64,000 bases of DNA, from the NCBI GenBank assembly GCA_003971905.1, contig RSEE01000094.1, positions 124,001 through 188,000 of the forward strand. Direction: 5' to 3'. Positions 25,189 through 37,475 of the stretch are shown one piece after another. A program made the position numbers and the translations under genes. Each line of letters starts with the position of its first letter. Position 1 is the stretch's first letter. Origin of the DNA: Moniliella sp. 'wahieum'. Taxonomy: Eukaryota. The notes under the pieces were generated by a model. It made no database searches, was not told where the DNA came from, and worked only from the letters and a program-made list of their open reading frames with translations.

Positions 25189-27040
25189 GCATCTCTCCAC
25201 TGATTAAATTAATGAACGTGAGCGTGTGAGCACACGGCACAGGAGCTAATGCGCTGCCGCGCTGACGACGCCTGGAAGCTACGCAGGCAAACGAGGAGCA
25301 AACCGCTTCCGTGAGGCCTGAGGCGTCGCTGCATAGGCACCATTGTATGATGCATGATGCATGATGCGCAGCAAAGCGCGCAGACGCCGCACAGAGCGCA
25401 CAAACAAACCCGCACAGGACAACAAGCGCAAATAGCGTTGGGCCCCCAACTACATAGCCACCCTACCCCCAGCTACTTGGCTGCCACTCCCAACTGGGCT
25501 CTCGGAACCTCCCTGGTGGAGGAGACAAAATCCAAGATGCTTGCTGATACAGCAGGACACATCAGGCCATGGCGCAAGACTCGGCTACTCTTCCAGAACG
25601 GCTGAATTCAACTGGCGCGCAAGCTAATAAACGAGAGCGACGGACCGTTCCTCCCACACAGCCTCGGGCGCCTGGCTGAGGCGCTGAGGCCCCTCTCTGA
25701 GATCCGAAAATCTGAGATTTGAGGATCTGAGGTCTCACGCTGCTTCAGCCGCATTGCGCTGTAGCGAAATGCTCTGGCTGAGTATCAAGTGTACTTCTCA
25801 CACGCTGAAGAGCATTCTGTTGCCCGCTGATCTGTTGGCGATGGGCGGCGCATCGTGCAACACTTGGAAGGAACTGTTGGGTGAAAACCCCCGCGCAATA
25901 GGATAGAAACTTTCTGTCGAAGCCATGCATCATGGGGCCTGGGGGGATTTGTTTATCATGGGTGTGGCTGAACCGGCGTAGCAGGGCGCAGTGCGTATAG
26001 CGACTAGCACCCGCGGCTTCCACGGCGCCCTCAGCATCTCGATCTTGAAGCTTCAAGCGTATCATTCGATCATGGCCAATAGCATGGCGGGGAAAACGCA
26101 TCCAACGATACGTGGATCCATCGCTTCGAGCTTCGCTGGAAGCTGGACGTCCAACGTGTTCCAACAAACGGAGAAGAGCCGGGTGGACCGGGGTGGTCGA
26201 GGGGGAATGGGTTTTCATTCGAAGTTCGAATTGGAACTTTGGCTCCAAGGCCACGCCACCCCACGCTGCGCCACCAACGTCCAACCGAGAGGCGGGGAAC
26301 CGAGCTTAATGAGCAACTGGCTCCCCCAAGCCTGTGCACACCCACAGCAAAAGACGGGGTTCGAATGATAAATGAATTAATGAGCCAAGAGAGTCCAGCC
26401 ATTGAACGATGTGGGTTGCACGTTTGGCGGGCTATACACACGCAATTCCAAGCGGGTAAAACATGTGCGCCCCGTTGCATCTATGCACGGGTGCGAGGGG
26501 CGCAAGGCAGCACCGAAAAGGAATGCGTACTGAATACGGGGTGGTCGGAACTTATTTCCGGTTCCCCGTCCGCGCCACAGCGTCATTCTCATTGTGGCAG
26601 AGACCAAGTAACCCGAAATACGCCGCGCCAAGCTGCGTTGGTCAGCTTTGCATGCCCCCAGGGAGTAACTAGTAATTCCTGGTCGATTATCGAGATCATC
26701 CTTTCAAGCTGCAGCAGGTTCAGTCCGGGGACGTTGTACACACCAGCGCCATGCCTAGCATGGCGACCTGGCCACCTGGCCTCACTAACCTCTTAACATC
26801 ATCTGAACCAGAGGTCTCGTACAGTGTCTTGCTGTGTTGCGAGACGAAAGGCTTGGAGCCAGTGTCCTCGTGTGGTAAATATGTCCCACCTCCGTTACCG
26901 CACAAGGGCAGCGTCAAGCGTTTCTCGACTGCACGCACGGCGCCAGTGGAGCTTGGTTGCCTTGGATCTCAGAGACCTTTTAGGGCAATTTTACGCTTGG
27001 CTATACAATCGGTTACCGCATCAACTCAGTACGCAGCTGG

Positions 27041-27082
27041 AGTCACTAGTCACTAGTCACTAGTCACTAGTCACCGGTCACC
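27041..27082. repeat. 7-bp tandem array (ACTAGTC)4 + ACCGGTC
   Basis: ACTAGT at 27045, 27052, 27059 and 27066, then ACCGGT at 27073. Confidence 0.95.
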
Positions 27083-28312
27083 AGCGAGCCACTGGCATCA
27101 CCGGCCACGTGACGTCAAGCTTGACAGTGCATGGCCTGAGCCTCAGGCCCCAGGCAAGGCTGTACCGGTCACCGGCCTCACTGCCTGACCGCCAGGCTGG
27201 CTGTGGCTATCAAACGCGACCTCCATTGTCCCCGGCAGAGAGGTCGATGGATTAAGCAAAACCCACACCTGGGAGCCAGCTGGAGATCGAGGCAGCCGCA
27301 CCCACACCAGCCGAGCCCATGGATACAGCCCTACCCTTTGTCTCCTGCGTTGCATATTGACCGGTTGACCATTGGATTGAAGTACGTTGAACGTGCCGGT
27401 CAGCCGATCATCTTGATCGCTCAGGCGCTCAGGCAAGGTCGCTCGCTATCCTCTCTCGACCCTACCTGCCTCTACAGGCATTGTTTGGACCACGTGCCGA
27501 TCAAGCGCTGGTTGATGCAAGCGCTCAGCGCTCCTAACCGCGTTGCCCGCACAGCTTGCCACCCCCCTCCCCTGCCCACCAATGAATCTTGAATCGTGCA
27601 GCTTGGAGCGAGAACAGCGAGAAGCGAGAGATGTGCGAAGCGAAACCCGACCTCCGCAGCGAACTGCACACACCAAGCAAGGCAGAGCAGCAGGGCGCGC
27701 AGCTTTGGCCAGCCAGTCACGCTGAGCGCTCAGGCGCCCAGGCGCCTCAGTGGACCCAGTGCCTGCCTCGTAGAGGACCGGGACCTCTCACGCGCGCATG
27801 CATCATGAAGGCTTCGTCGTGTCCAACATGCAGCTTCTCCCAACCCGTCTCCGAGCGGCGCGAGTAAAGCAAGTAACAAGTAGCCGGCCAAGGTACTCAC
27901 AGTACCTCCTGCCAGGCCATGGGCCTGTGCGGGGAAGACGGGATGGGGTAACTGATCGTATCTATAGGCTTTCGAAGACGGCCTGGAAGGAGCGGCGGTC
28001 TTAAGAGATTGTCCGCCCCCCTACTGATGTTGCCCCCGATACCAACGGGTTCGGGCCTACACTTGTTCTTCCTAAACCAGGCCTAGCCAACAAAAGGAAT
28101 GGGTACTAAGAGCCCGTAACCCAACTGCCCGCCCTGAGGCCTCACCTCAGGCTCAGGCCTGACCGTCATGAGCCGCGCCTCGATCCATCATCGGACTGTG
28201 GGCGCCATCGTTTTTGTTCTTTTTGTGCATGGGTTGCGATCCGAAAAAAGAGAGATGCATGAGAATCCGGCGTGAGGCTCAAGGCTCGAGGCTCAGCTGA
28301 GCGCCCAGGGCG

Positions 28313-31300
28313 TCAGGTGAGCCGCGAGACGAGGTAACCCATCAAGGCTTGTTGTTCGTCCGACGAGACGCGGAGCAAGATTTCGACCAGCTGGCGCCGG
28401 ACCGTGTCCGAGTGACGTTCGGCGAGCCGAGCGAGCGCAGCGGCGTCCAAGCGCCACAGAATCGCCTCCTCGGCAGCGGTGACCGTCGCGTTGCGCGGTT
28501 GACGCGACAGAAACGTCATCTCGCCCGCCACTGTGCCGGGCATCATGCTCTCGTCCATCTGGAAGCCCTCTTGGGCAAACGAAAAGACCGCCTTGAGCAC
28601 CCCGCGCTCAATCACATACAGCCCATCTGGCTCGTCCCCGGGCTGCCACAGCTGCGCCCCGGCGCGTAACGAGATGCGCGTAAAGTACGGCGCAATCGTA
28701 CTGAAAAACGAAACTGGAAGCGAAGCGTCAGCATAGCCCCGGAACGTGGTCAAGAGTAACTGGTACGGCCCTTCGGTGGATTTGCCACCAGAGCGACTTA
28801 GCGACAGGCGCCGCTCCGCACCGGGCGGAACCGACTCGGACGTCTTGCTGTCCGACGAGAGAGGCAGATGGGGGAGGTGGTGAGGATGGTGCTGAATGGC
28901 AGTGCGAGCGGCCTCGTGGAGCAAACGGTTGCGTGGCGAGGTGGCCAGCGAGTCCTCCCCCCATCCAGGTAGGCGGACTTTGGAGGGAATGGCTTGGGCC
29001 GGGGATGGAGGCGCACTGAGGATCGAGTGCCGCCCCGTCGTCGTCCCACCACGGCCCGCTGCGCCTGCTTGGTACACTTGCAGCAAGTACTCGTTCTCGG
29101 TCCATTCCAGAGCCGAGTTGAGGTTGGCAAACACCTCGACCCGGCATTCCTGTTCGGCCCACATGCCCACACTTTGCAGCGCCACACCCACCTCACTGGC
29201 CGGCGCAACGCCACAGAAAATCACCACCACCTCTTTGGCTTCGAGCAAGCGCTGGATCCGCGTAAATGCCTCGGCGGCCGAAAAGTCGACGCCGGTCACG
29301 AGGGAGAACTGCAAGCAAGGCAAAGGGAAAAGAGGTCAGACACCGTACACACTGCATCGCAAAAGCGAGTGCGTACTCACATCCACAATCAGGAACCGGA
29401 TCGGGTTCTGGTCCCAGGCCGCAATGTCCAGCGCGCGACGGATCAACTGTTCCACTCCATTGATCGTGCCAAGAAGAGGAAGCCTTGGAGTTTAAGAATC
29501 TGGGTCTGGGAGCCTACCACATCAAGGAACCGGCGCTGGGTCATGTGTCTGCGCACGGTGGAATGGGCAATGGAACCGTCAAACACGGCTCGTACCGTTG
29601 ACCGACGCGAATTTGTACGACAAAGAAGCAGCACGCCAGGATGATGCGCCACCAGCCCATCCACAAAGTCGCGCAGGGTCATGACAAAGATGATGACCAA
29701 GATGGTCAGGTACTCGCTCCAGCTCACCCTTCCCACCGTGTCCCACAGCGCTCCTTGACCAGGTCGATCCCAAGGACAAAGATCAAGGCGGCAACGACCA
29801 TGATGGGCAAATAGCCAATCGTCGAAGGCCCGGCAAGAAGAATGATAAACGTGGCCCCGGCCAACATGAACCCACTCAGCCGACTGCCGCCACCGACACG
29901 GTAAAACAACAGACTGTTAACGTAGGTAATGTAGTTGGGCGGAGAGAAGAGGGCGCCAGCGGCCAAGTTGCTGATTCCATGGCCGATCAACTCGCGGTCC
30001 GTGTCAATATTGTCCTCTCCCGTGCTGATAGCAAGAGCGGGGATGTTGAGGGGCACGTGGAGGATGCCAAAGAAGGTCAACGCCGCTTGGGTGGGCAAGG
30101 TGGCAGCAAGCGCCTTGAGGCTAGTTTTGCGCAAGTCAATGAATTGGTAAAAACGGTAAAAGGGCGCATCGGCAGCGGGACCAATGTCAAACACCCACTG
30201 GGCGGCTTTGAGGCTCTCCATCGAGTACCCCAACCCGACGATCGTGACAAAGTAAAAGACGACGGGGATGGTGAAGAAATAGATGGGGAAGATGAGCGGA
30301 CCATCAAACTTGTGGGTAATCACCCTCAGCAAGATGGCCAGACCTAATGGGATGGTCCACAGCGCCACAACATGACTCGACTGGAAAAAGAAACGAAGGG
30401 TCTCCAGGTTCCATTGGAACCCATGCTCGCTCTTGAGCTGGCCAGCCACCTCAAAGCCCGTCACCATCAAAAACACACCCACTCCACCAATCGCGCCGAC
30501 AAGCAAATGCCGTGGGATGAACTGAAGCAGCTTGCTCGTGTGCAGCCAGCCCAGAAGCAAAAACGCAATCCCAATGAACGTACTCGACAGCGCAAAGGCC
30601 ACAATCACTGTACTGATCACAGCGGCATCGTCGTTGCCCACCTCCTTCATGATGGTTTTGCTCATGATCGAGAAAGGGATCACCTCAATCATCATCGAAC
30701 CGTTGCCGCCGCCAAACGCCGAGCCGCCAGCCGAGTAGACCAGCTGAGACGCAATGCACGTGATGAAAAACATCGACACGCCGTCGCCGCCAAAACTGCT
30801 AAAGAGCGGATACGAGGTGGGGAAGGTGATCATACCGTAACTCACTCCGTCCAGGACGTTCATCAAGACCCCGAGAAGTACGGCGGGAAGGAGGTGAACC
30901 GGCTCGGCTGCCGCATGGCGCACGTCGGTCCAGGTCAGCTTCCGAGCCGAGGCAAAAGCCTTGTCAAGAGTGAACCGCGTAGAGTCCGCCCCGGCCGGGG
31001 CAGGACTAGGTGCGCCGTGGTGCAATGGTGGTACCCGTTCCTCCGTATGACAAGGCGTAGAGTAAGAAGTCTGTTCATGCGCCTCTCCTGTCCGCGTCGC
31101 TCGGCGGGTCGGGCGACAATTGGAACGCTCATACCCGACTCCAACGTGGCCGACTCGTCATTGGTCAAGAGATGGAAGCCACTGCTGGCCACTTCCAGCT
31201 CCTCTTGGGCTTGTGCTAGCGCGCCCGTTCCCAGCGCATGGGAATTGATGCCGGATGAATTGGCATGCGCAGCATGGAGCGAAGCAAGTGATGCACGCAC

Positions 31301-32121
31301 GCGGCTCGTAGACACGCGCGCTGCCAAGCGAGGATCAAAGGCCGACTTGGACCGGCGAGGATCAGGGCCGGCCAGATCGTTCGTAGCCCCGTACGAGGGC
31401 ATACGTGCATGCACCGGGTGGGCCGACTGGCTGCGCGGCCCCATTTCCCCGCACCAGTCCCAGCAAAGTGCTCGGATGCATCAGGGGGGCAGCATCGGCG
31501 CTGGAGGAGAGCTCGGCCGGCATGCTCTGTTGTTGGGCCTGGTGCACAAGGCGGAGAGACGGTACTGGACTGATCGCCTGGGGCGGCGGGGGCACTGCAT
31601 GGGACGAGTGAGAGAGGTGTGAGAGAAGGGTAGTCATCATCATCGTACGCTTCCTCGCTTGGCGCCTCGTCCTCGGCCTCCTCCTCCTCAAACGGCAGGC
31701 CGGCCAGCTGGCAGACTGGTGAGGATGATGAAGCTGTCCTCGGCCGTGTACGAGGCAGCAGGTGGCAGCTGGGCGAGTGGGCACGGCGGAAGCCAACTGC
31801 TGTCGCCGCCAAGGGAGAAGCCCGAGTAGCCGGCGCCGGGCGCAGCCATGGCCACGGCATTGCGCGGCAGCGCCTCGGCGGCCTCGACGTTGGGCGCGGG
31901 GCGGCGGGCAGCGCTGGGGGTGCGGGGGCGGGCGCGAAGCGGTAGGAACGCCCCTCGAGCTGCTCCGGGCGGAGGGGAGGCGTGGCGCGCGCTCCGGGGG
32001 ACGCCATGGGTGTGGTGCCAGCGGCTGCGGCTGCCGGGAGAGAAGGCGGCGCTTGGAAGAATGCGTTGGTGGTGGGGGGGCGGCTGGGCAGCGCACAGAC
32101 AAATTCAGCAGGCGTGCTCAT
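28313..32121 (-). CDS. SulP/SLC26 transporter with STAS and cyclic-nucleotide-binding domains (yeast Vsb1/Ygr125w-like); intron 29309-29380
   Basis: PAVLLGVLMNVLDGVSYGMITFP, GGNGSMMIEVIPF, ALTFFGILHVPLNIPAL, DRELIGHGISN, NYITYVNSLLFYRVGG. STAS: KLQGFLF..IVD/FSLVTGVDFSAAEAF. cNMP: DGLYVIERGVL..PGTVAGEMTFLSRQPRNATV. Confidence 0.92.
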
Positions 32122-32578
32122 GCGTCGTGTACCGGTGAGCTGGCCATTGCGCGTGCTGTCCGCCTGCTGTGCGCTGCGGTGCCTGGCAGCGGAGATGGCT
32201 GGGTTCGTCACACCACCGCCATCACACATCACGTGCCCCTCGCAGGCAGCCGCCACTGCTCCTGCGCCTGCTGTTGCCATCTGCCCTTTTTCAGGCAGAC
32301 GATTACCCATTCGTCACTTGTCGCATCCCAGATCTCCCAGCACCGGTGGTTACCGAATTATCGATTGCTCAATTACGATCGATCCATTGCCCGCAAATCA
32401 TCTTGCTGGAGTGAGTACGTGAGTAGTGACTAGGGAGCACTGCAACCGCGAGCGTCGTGCTCTTGTGCGCGCACATGCCCATGTCTTGCCACAGCTGCAT
32501 CCCGCCTGGCCGGCCCTGTTGGGCGCTCGCTCCTCCAGCCTCCACTTGCGCCTGCGCCTCCAACGACCCGCCGCGGCC

Positions 32579-33995
32579 CTAGTCGCGTTCGCGGCTCAGC
32601 TGGAGCCAGCGGTTGTCGGGCCACCAGCTGCGCCCGGCGCTCAGGTCGGGCAGGACCGCTCCGTCGCTCGTGATGGTCTCCTGGTCGTCTACGCGCAGAT
32701 CCCAAGGCAACGTGCGCGGGTACACCCCCTGCAGCCCCAGTCCGTCCGCTGGGCACCAGTCCAGCAGCCCAGCGATCCCGGGCGCCGAGGTCATATGGCG
32801 GGAAGACGCGTGCGCGGTTCCTTGCTTGCCGTTTGGCCTGGGCGGGTGCGCACGCCAGTCATGCAGGATCAGTTAGTGCGTCGGAAACATACAGAGGTGG
32901 CACAAGCGTCGTCAGGGTAGGTAGCCAAACGTACCGATAACACTCCATGGCAGCCATACATGTCCTTGTCAAACAGCGCCAGCTCATTCTCCATCTCGTG
33001 GCGGTACTGCTCGGTCATGTCGCTTGCCTTGTCTTCAAAGCCAACAAAGGTGAAGCGGGGGCGGGAACCCACCATGCCCTTGGTGGGCCAGCGCACGGCC
33101 TTGGTGTGCAACTTTTCGAACCGCTCCCTGTGCAGCTCGTCTTCCACCACAGTGATTCGTTGCGGGTAGTGATTCGTCTTTTCGCGGAACCGCGCGATGG
33201 AGTAGACCAAATTTTCGTACGTGTCCAGCGCGTAGATCTCGGTTGTTATCCGTAACAGGTCCAACTCCGTCTCATTCCCCGCCGTTACACCCGTCGAGGG
33301 GGCTTGGGCACTGCTCTTGGTAGACGATTGTCCCGCCCCAGTGTGATCCGCCCCCGCCTCTTTACCATGGGTTGCGCCCCCAGGCAGGACGGGAAGCTTC
33401 AGGGGGCTGAGAAGCGCGAGTTGCAGGTAGCTCTCTGCCTCGGTGGCTGGGGAGTGGGGGCGAGTTTGCCCGCCGGAAAAGATGAGGAGTGAGTTGGGAT
33501 CTTCGTTGGCAAGCTCGATTCCCCGTTCAATCTGCTTCCAATACCTTTCCACCGCGCCGCCCTTTTGGTAGTCCTCCAAGACCCAGTTGGCATCCACAGA
33601 TCGGCCCTCAAACGATCTCCCAATCCAGATGGCCTGCCCGACCACAACAATCAGATGGTCCAAGTTCTCGGTCCCGGTGCTGGCGCAGGCGCCAGCGCCT
33701 TGACCGACTCGGGTAGATCGGAAACCTCGGTTGGAGGGGGCGAGGGGCGGGGTGATCGATAAGAAGTCCAATGGCGGAAATTGAGGAAGAGAGAGCCAAT
33801 GCCAAAAGTGATAAGGACGAGGATGCCCAAATTGGTCACCCGGCTGCGGGCCGCCAGGCGGCCACGCCACCCAGTCTCCTCGGGAGCGTGCAGCACCGAC
33901 GAATAGCGGGACTGGCGGGAGCGAAAGATGCCGGGGGCGTTCTTGCGCGACAGAAAAGAGGTGCGGGCACTGCTCCCTTCAGGCCGGTGCGACAT
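32579..33995 (-). CDS. DUF218/YdcF-like protein (yeast Yor238w-like) with N-terminal membrane anchor; intron 32838-32934
   Basis: A hydrophobic segment LGILVLITFGIGSLFLN, then LDHLIVVVGQAIW, LLIFSGGQTR..TEAESY, TEIYALDTYENLVYSIARFRE..YPQRITVV..RFEKLH..AVRWP, and DMYGCHGVLS/AKRQARN. Confidence 0.8.
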
Positions 33996-34969
33996 GGCGA
34001 GGGGGAGAGCGCAGAGGTAGGCCAGCGCCACGTCAGAAGACAAGCGGTGGTGGGGACGAGGCCAAATGGGGTGGCCTTGTCGCTCCCGCCTGGGCTCCAC
34101 ACGAGGAAGTGATGCTTACGTGATGGGGGGCTGCATTCCGCACCGGGCGGGTGGGCAGCTAATACTGCCCAGCGATCGACAATCCATCGGCTGGAAGCGT
34201 GACGCGTGAAGCGTGACCAGCGTGAACAATAGCAGGCGACGGCCAAACCCGAGCCGCCTCTGCGCTGTCTCTCCGCTGGCATTGTCCTGGGGCCACACCT
34301 GTCGAGGATGGGCATGCCTACTGAGGACTGACTCCACTACTCGGGACTCATGTAGTACTCATCCCTCGTCGCGGCCCAACGAGACGCGGGGAAACTCACC
34401 CATTTTGGCCGACACGCCGAGCAGCAGACCAACAGCAGCCGCCGTGTGGCAAATCCCTCTGCCTTCAGTATTCGAGAGTGTGTATATTTCGGCGTTCGCA
34501 TATCCACCCCCAGCAGACAAGAGCAGGTCTCTAGCCCTAACCCTTGCACCCTCATGACCCTCGCATGGAGACGCACGCTCGCACATTTCTACTGATTACT
34601 CTCGCGATCCCGTATATAATGACTGAGAGCTGGTGTCCTGAACGTCCTCCAGGGTGATGCAATGGCGCTAGTGGTGGTGGCGGTTGGGGATCGAAGAAGC
34701 CAGCCAACGACACCCTTACAGGGACATCAAAGAGTCCACCGACCACCGGGTCTGGCTGCGGGGGGACAAGGAAAACACACACGTAAAGTGAATGGAAACG
34801 AACATCGAAGCTCTCCTACTAGGCCTGACGGGGGGGCGATGGCCCCTGGTCGATAACCCCCCTCCCAGTCTTGTGCTCACAGGCCACCAAGCGTACTAAC
34901 CATGGGGCCTCGACCCTGCAGAGCACAGTGGCACCCGCACCTCGTTGGGAGGGACAGAGACGCCCTCTT

Positions 34970-36160
34970 CCCTCCCTATGTTGTGGTGCCAGAGTGACGC
35001 GCGGCGCGCAGCGGACGACGCTGTCGCCGAATGTGGTGCCACGCCCTCGGAGAGTACACTAGGTATCCAAGCGCAACGCCTTGACGAGCATGCAAACCAA
35101 ACATTCTCTCTGCGATGACCGTCGGAGACAACGACGTGCGTGGTATGCCCCAGGAACCAGACGCAACCGAGGAGGAAGCGTCCAGGTTGGTCGCTTCGCG
35201 TGCCGAAGACGATGGGAGCAGCGTGATGGGCAATGACGTGCGGCCGTTTCCAGGGGCCGAATACCGCAGCGAAGGCGACGACACGCCGCTCGCCCACTGG
35301 AAGAAGCAGTTCTATTAGACCGCCCCCCCCGTCTCCTCAACAAGCGCTTCCTCGACGAACGGGATACCGGCAAACCTGCGACGATGGTATGTTTGCCTGG
35401 GATCCTTCATTGGCTATCTGACGAACGTCAACAATGCCTACAGACCTGGGCCCGCTTTCGCGATCGAGGTGTGGTGTGCTCCGGATGCGTCGATTACCGT
35501 CAATACCCATCTGTAGTCTCGCGTGCGGGACGCGCTACGGCGTACGGGGACCGGACGCTGCTGCGCATTCCTCCTGGCCTTGACCAGAGGAGATCTAAGA
35601 CGAAGAATTTCTCTTTCGGTTCACGATGGTCTGACCTCCCCCTTGAACGCTATTCGGTTTGATCTATCGTATTGAGTGCGCCTCCTCTTCCACCATGCCT
35701 AGGAACACTGCTAATCTCCCAAGGCCTAACCCCTCCAGTACTGCAATCCAGTTCCCCATCCGACACTGTCGGGCAAGACCATCTTCACACTGGACGACTA
35801 TACCTTTTCGAGACCTGGAAGAAATCGCCCCTGAGCAACGATCTTCAGCCTCATCACAGACAGCTTGGGACGAACACGTTCATCTCATCGATGCTGCCCA
35901 TGCTACCCAACTTCTCTTTGTGCCACATTTGTCATGTCTTTAGTTGGCATGCTGCATGAGTGCTGGCTGGTTGTGCTTACCACTGCTCTCATCCTATTCC
36001 GGTTGCATCCTCCCCCTTGAGCAGGCACACGATTGCCTTTATCTACAACCTGACTGCCGTGTTATACGCCACAGGTCCCGACGGAACGGCAAGGGAGAAT
36101 ACGAGTGGATGTGAGGAGGTGAGTGGGAGCCAGGTAGGCATGTTGTACAACAGAAACTAG
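34970..36160 (+). CDS. Possible hypothetical protein (fragmented)
   Basis: A chain of short same-strand ORFs (35115, 35384, 35659, 35960). No family recognised. Confidence 0.25.
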
Positions 36161-36254
36161 GGGAAGGGGGCCTATCGACCATCCCCTGTAGCATCGGCAC
36201 AAGCAAGGTCCGCTCGGTGGATATAAGATGGGGGAGCTGCCAGTGGCGCTAGAC

Positions 36255-36927
36255 CTAGACCTCTTGTGCCTCCCATGGTTTCAACCGTTTGGGAAACGGC
36301 AGCCGTCGGTGGTTCTGGGTTGATCTTTCATCCCCAACCTACGTCAGCGACTCCAGACCCAGAGAGAAGCAAAACGAACTGGGGGGGAGGGGGTGGGGGG
36401 GGGGGACCTACCTGCAGCGGAATCTCCCGAATGCCTGGAATCATATCTGTCCGTCCTGTGCTGATCAACTCGACGATGGCGTCAAAGGAGGTGGATAGCG
36501 CTCGCCTTCGGGCGCACCGTTCTGGTACGGCGGCTGTGCGTGTGGTTCTTGTTCCTGGGCCGGAGACGGTGCCTCAGCCACGGGGCCGACGGTTGGGCCG
36601 ACTTCCAGGCGAGATAGTCCTCGTACGAAAAGGGCTTGGCGACTCTGGAGAGGTGTGCGAGGGTGTCAGTGAGCCCCTCTACAAGCACCCTCGGAGAGGC
36701 ATACACACTTGCTCGAGAAGTAGAAACGCCTTGGCGCGGTCGACGGTGGCAGCAAGCTCCTGCTCGCTCGCGCCCTGCGCTCGCTGGGCATCCACAATGC
36801 CAGCAATGCCGCGCTGGAACTCGGCGTCGGCGGACCAGTCGTGGGCGTCAAAGTGGGTGAAGACAGCATCCATGTCGACGCGGACGACAGGGACGGCGGG
36901 ATCGGACGCAGCAGGAGCAGCAGCCAT
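36255..36927 (-). CDS. PEX39: PEX39-like (C6orf226/Yjr012c, DUF5572/KPWE) peroxin; intron with donor at 36411
   Basis: FTHFDAHDWSADAEFQRGI..RAKAFYFS, FSYEDYLAWK, SFDAIVELISTG..IPGIREIP, and C-terminal RLKPWEAQEV-stop (RLKPWE at 36270-36287). Confidence 0.8.
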
Positions 36928-37475
36928 GGTGGAGGTGCGGGGGGAGGCGATACGGGGAGACGCAGTGCTGGTGCTGGGCTGGCGTCGTAGCCAGACGCTA
37001 AATGCGCTCAGGCGGAGCCGACGTCGGGTGGGGCCGGCGAGCGCCTGCGATGCATGATCCGTCATCGGTGGCGCAGGGGGCAGCTGCCGGCTGCGGCAAC
37101 CCAAGCGCAGTGACTAGTGAGCGCCTAGTGAGCTAGTCATGCATCATGCATCACATGTCACAGCACATGCGGGGGTGGTGACGCGGTGACGTAAGACGGC
37201 ATGCATTGCACCGAGCCCGAGCAGGTGTCCTCTATCTGGGCTGTCCGATGGAGGCAGATGCGCCAGACGGCAGCGCCACGCAGGTGCTTGTCTTCCACGC
37301 GCCGTCCTGCCGACAAGGCATCCACGCCAGGCAGGCGCCAGCCCAACGCAGCCGAGAGCAGCCCAGCGGCAGCCGCTCGCTCGTCGTTGCTGGTCGCTGC
37401 TGCCTCGCCTGTGTCTTGCACGCCACGCGGGGTCGCCCGCCTCTGCTTGCTGCCCACCCACACTTCCCCTCGCCC

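Noticed and set aside
25745..26800. Transposon relic in the long intergenic region
   Set aside because: I saw no transposase, RT or integrase motifs, terminal repeats or target-site duplications.
27041..27082. Short repeat arrays as CRISPR or telomeric repeats
   Set aside because: The units are 7 bp with no unique spacers, the context is eukaryotic, and they are neither TTAGGG-like nor terminal.
28290..28330. Cryptic peroxisomal targeting by stop-codon readthrough (TGA CTA type) or the SRL near the transporter C-terminus
   Set aside because: The protein ends SRLT, not SRL. None of the stops I examined (transporter, SAH1, LST8, VPS23, Yippee) has the TGA CTA context.
36381..36405. Long G runs (also 14049-14065 and 44687-44718) as functional G-quadruplexes
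   Set aside because: Homopolymer lengths are unreliable in this data. The 36381 run is a C-tract within an intron on the coding strand.
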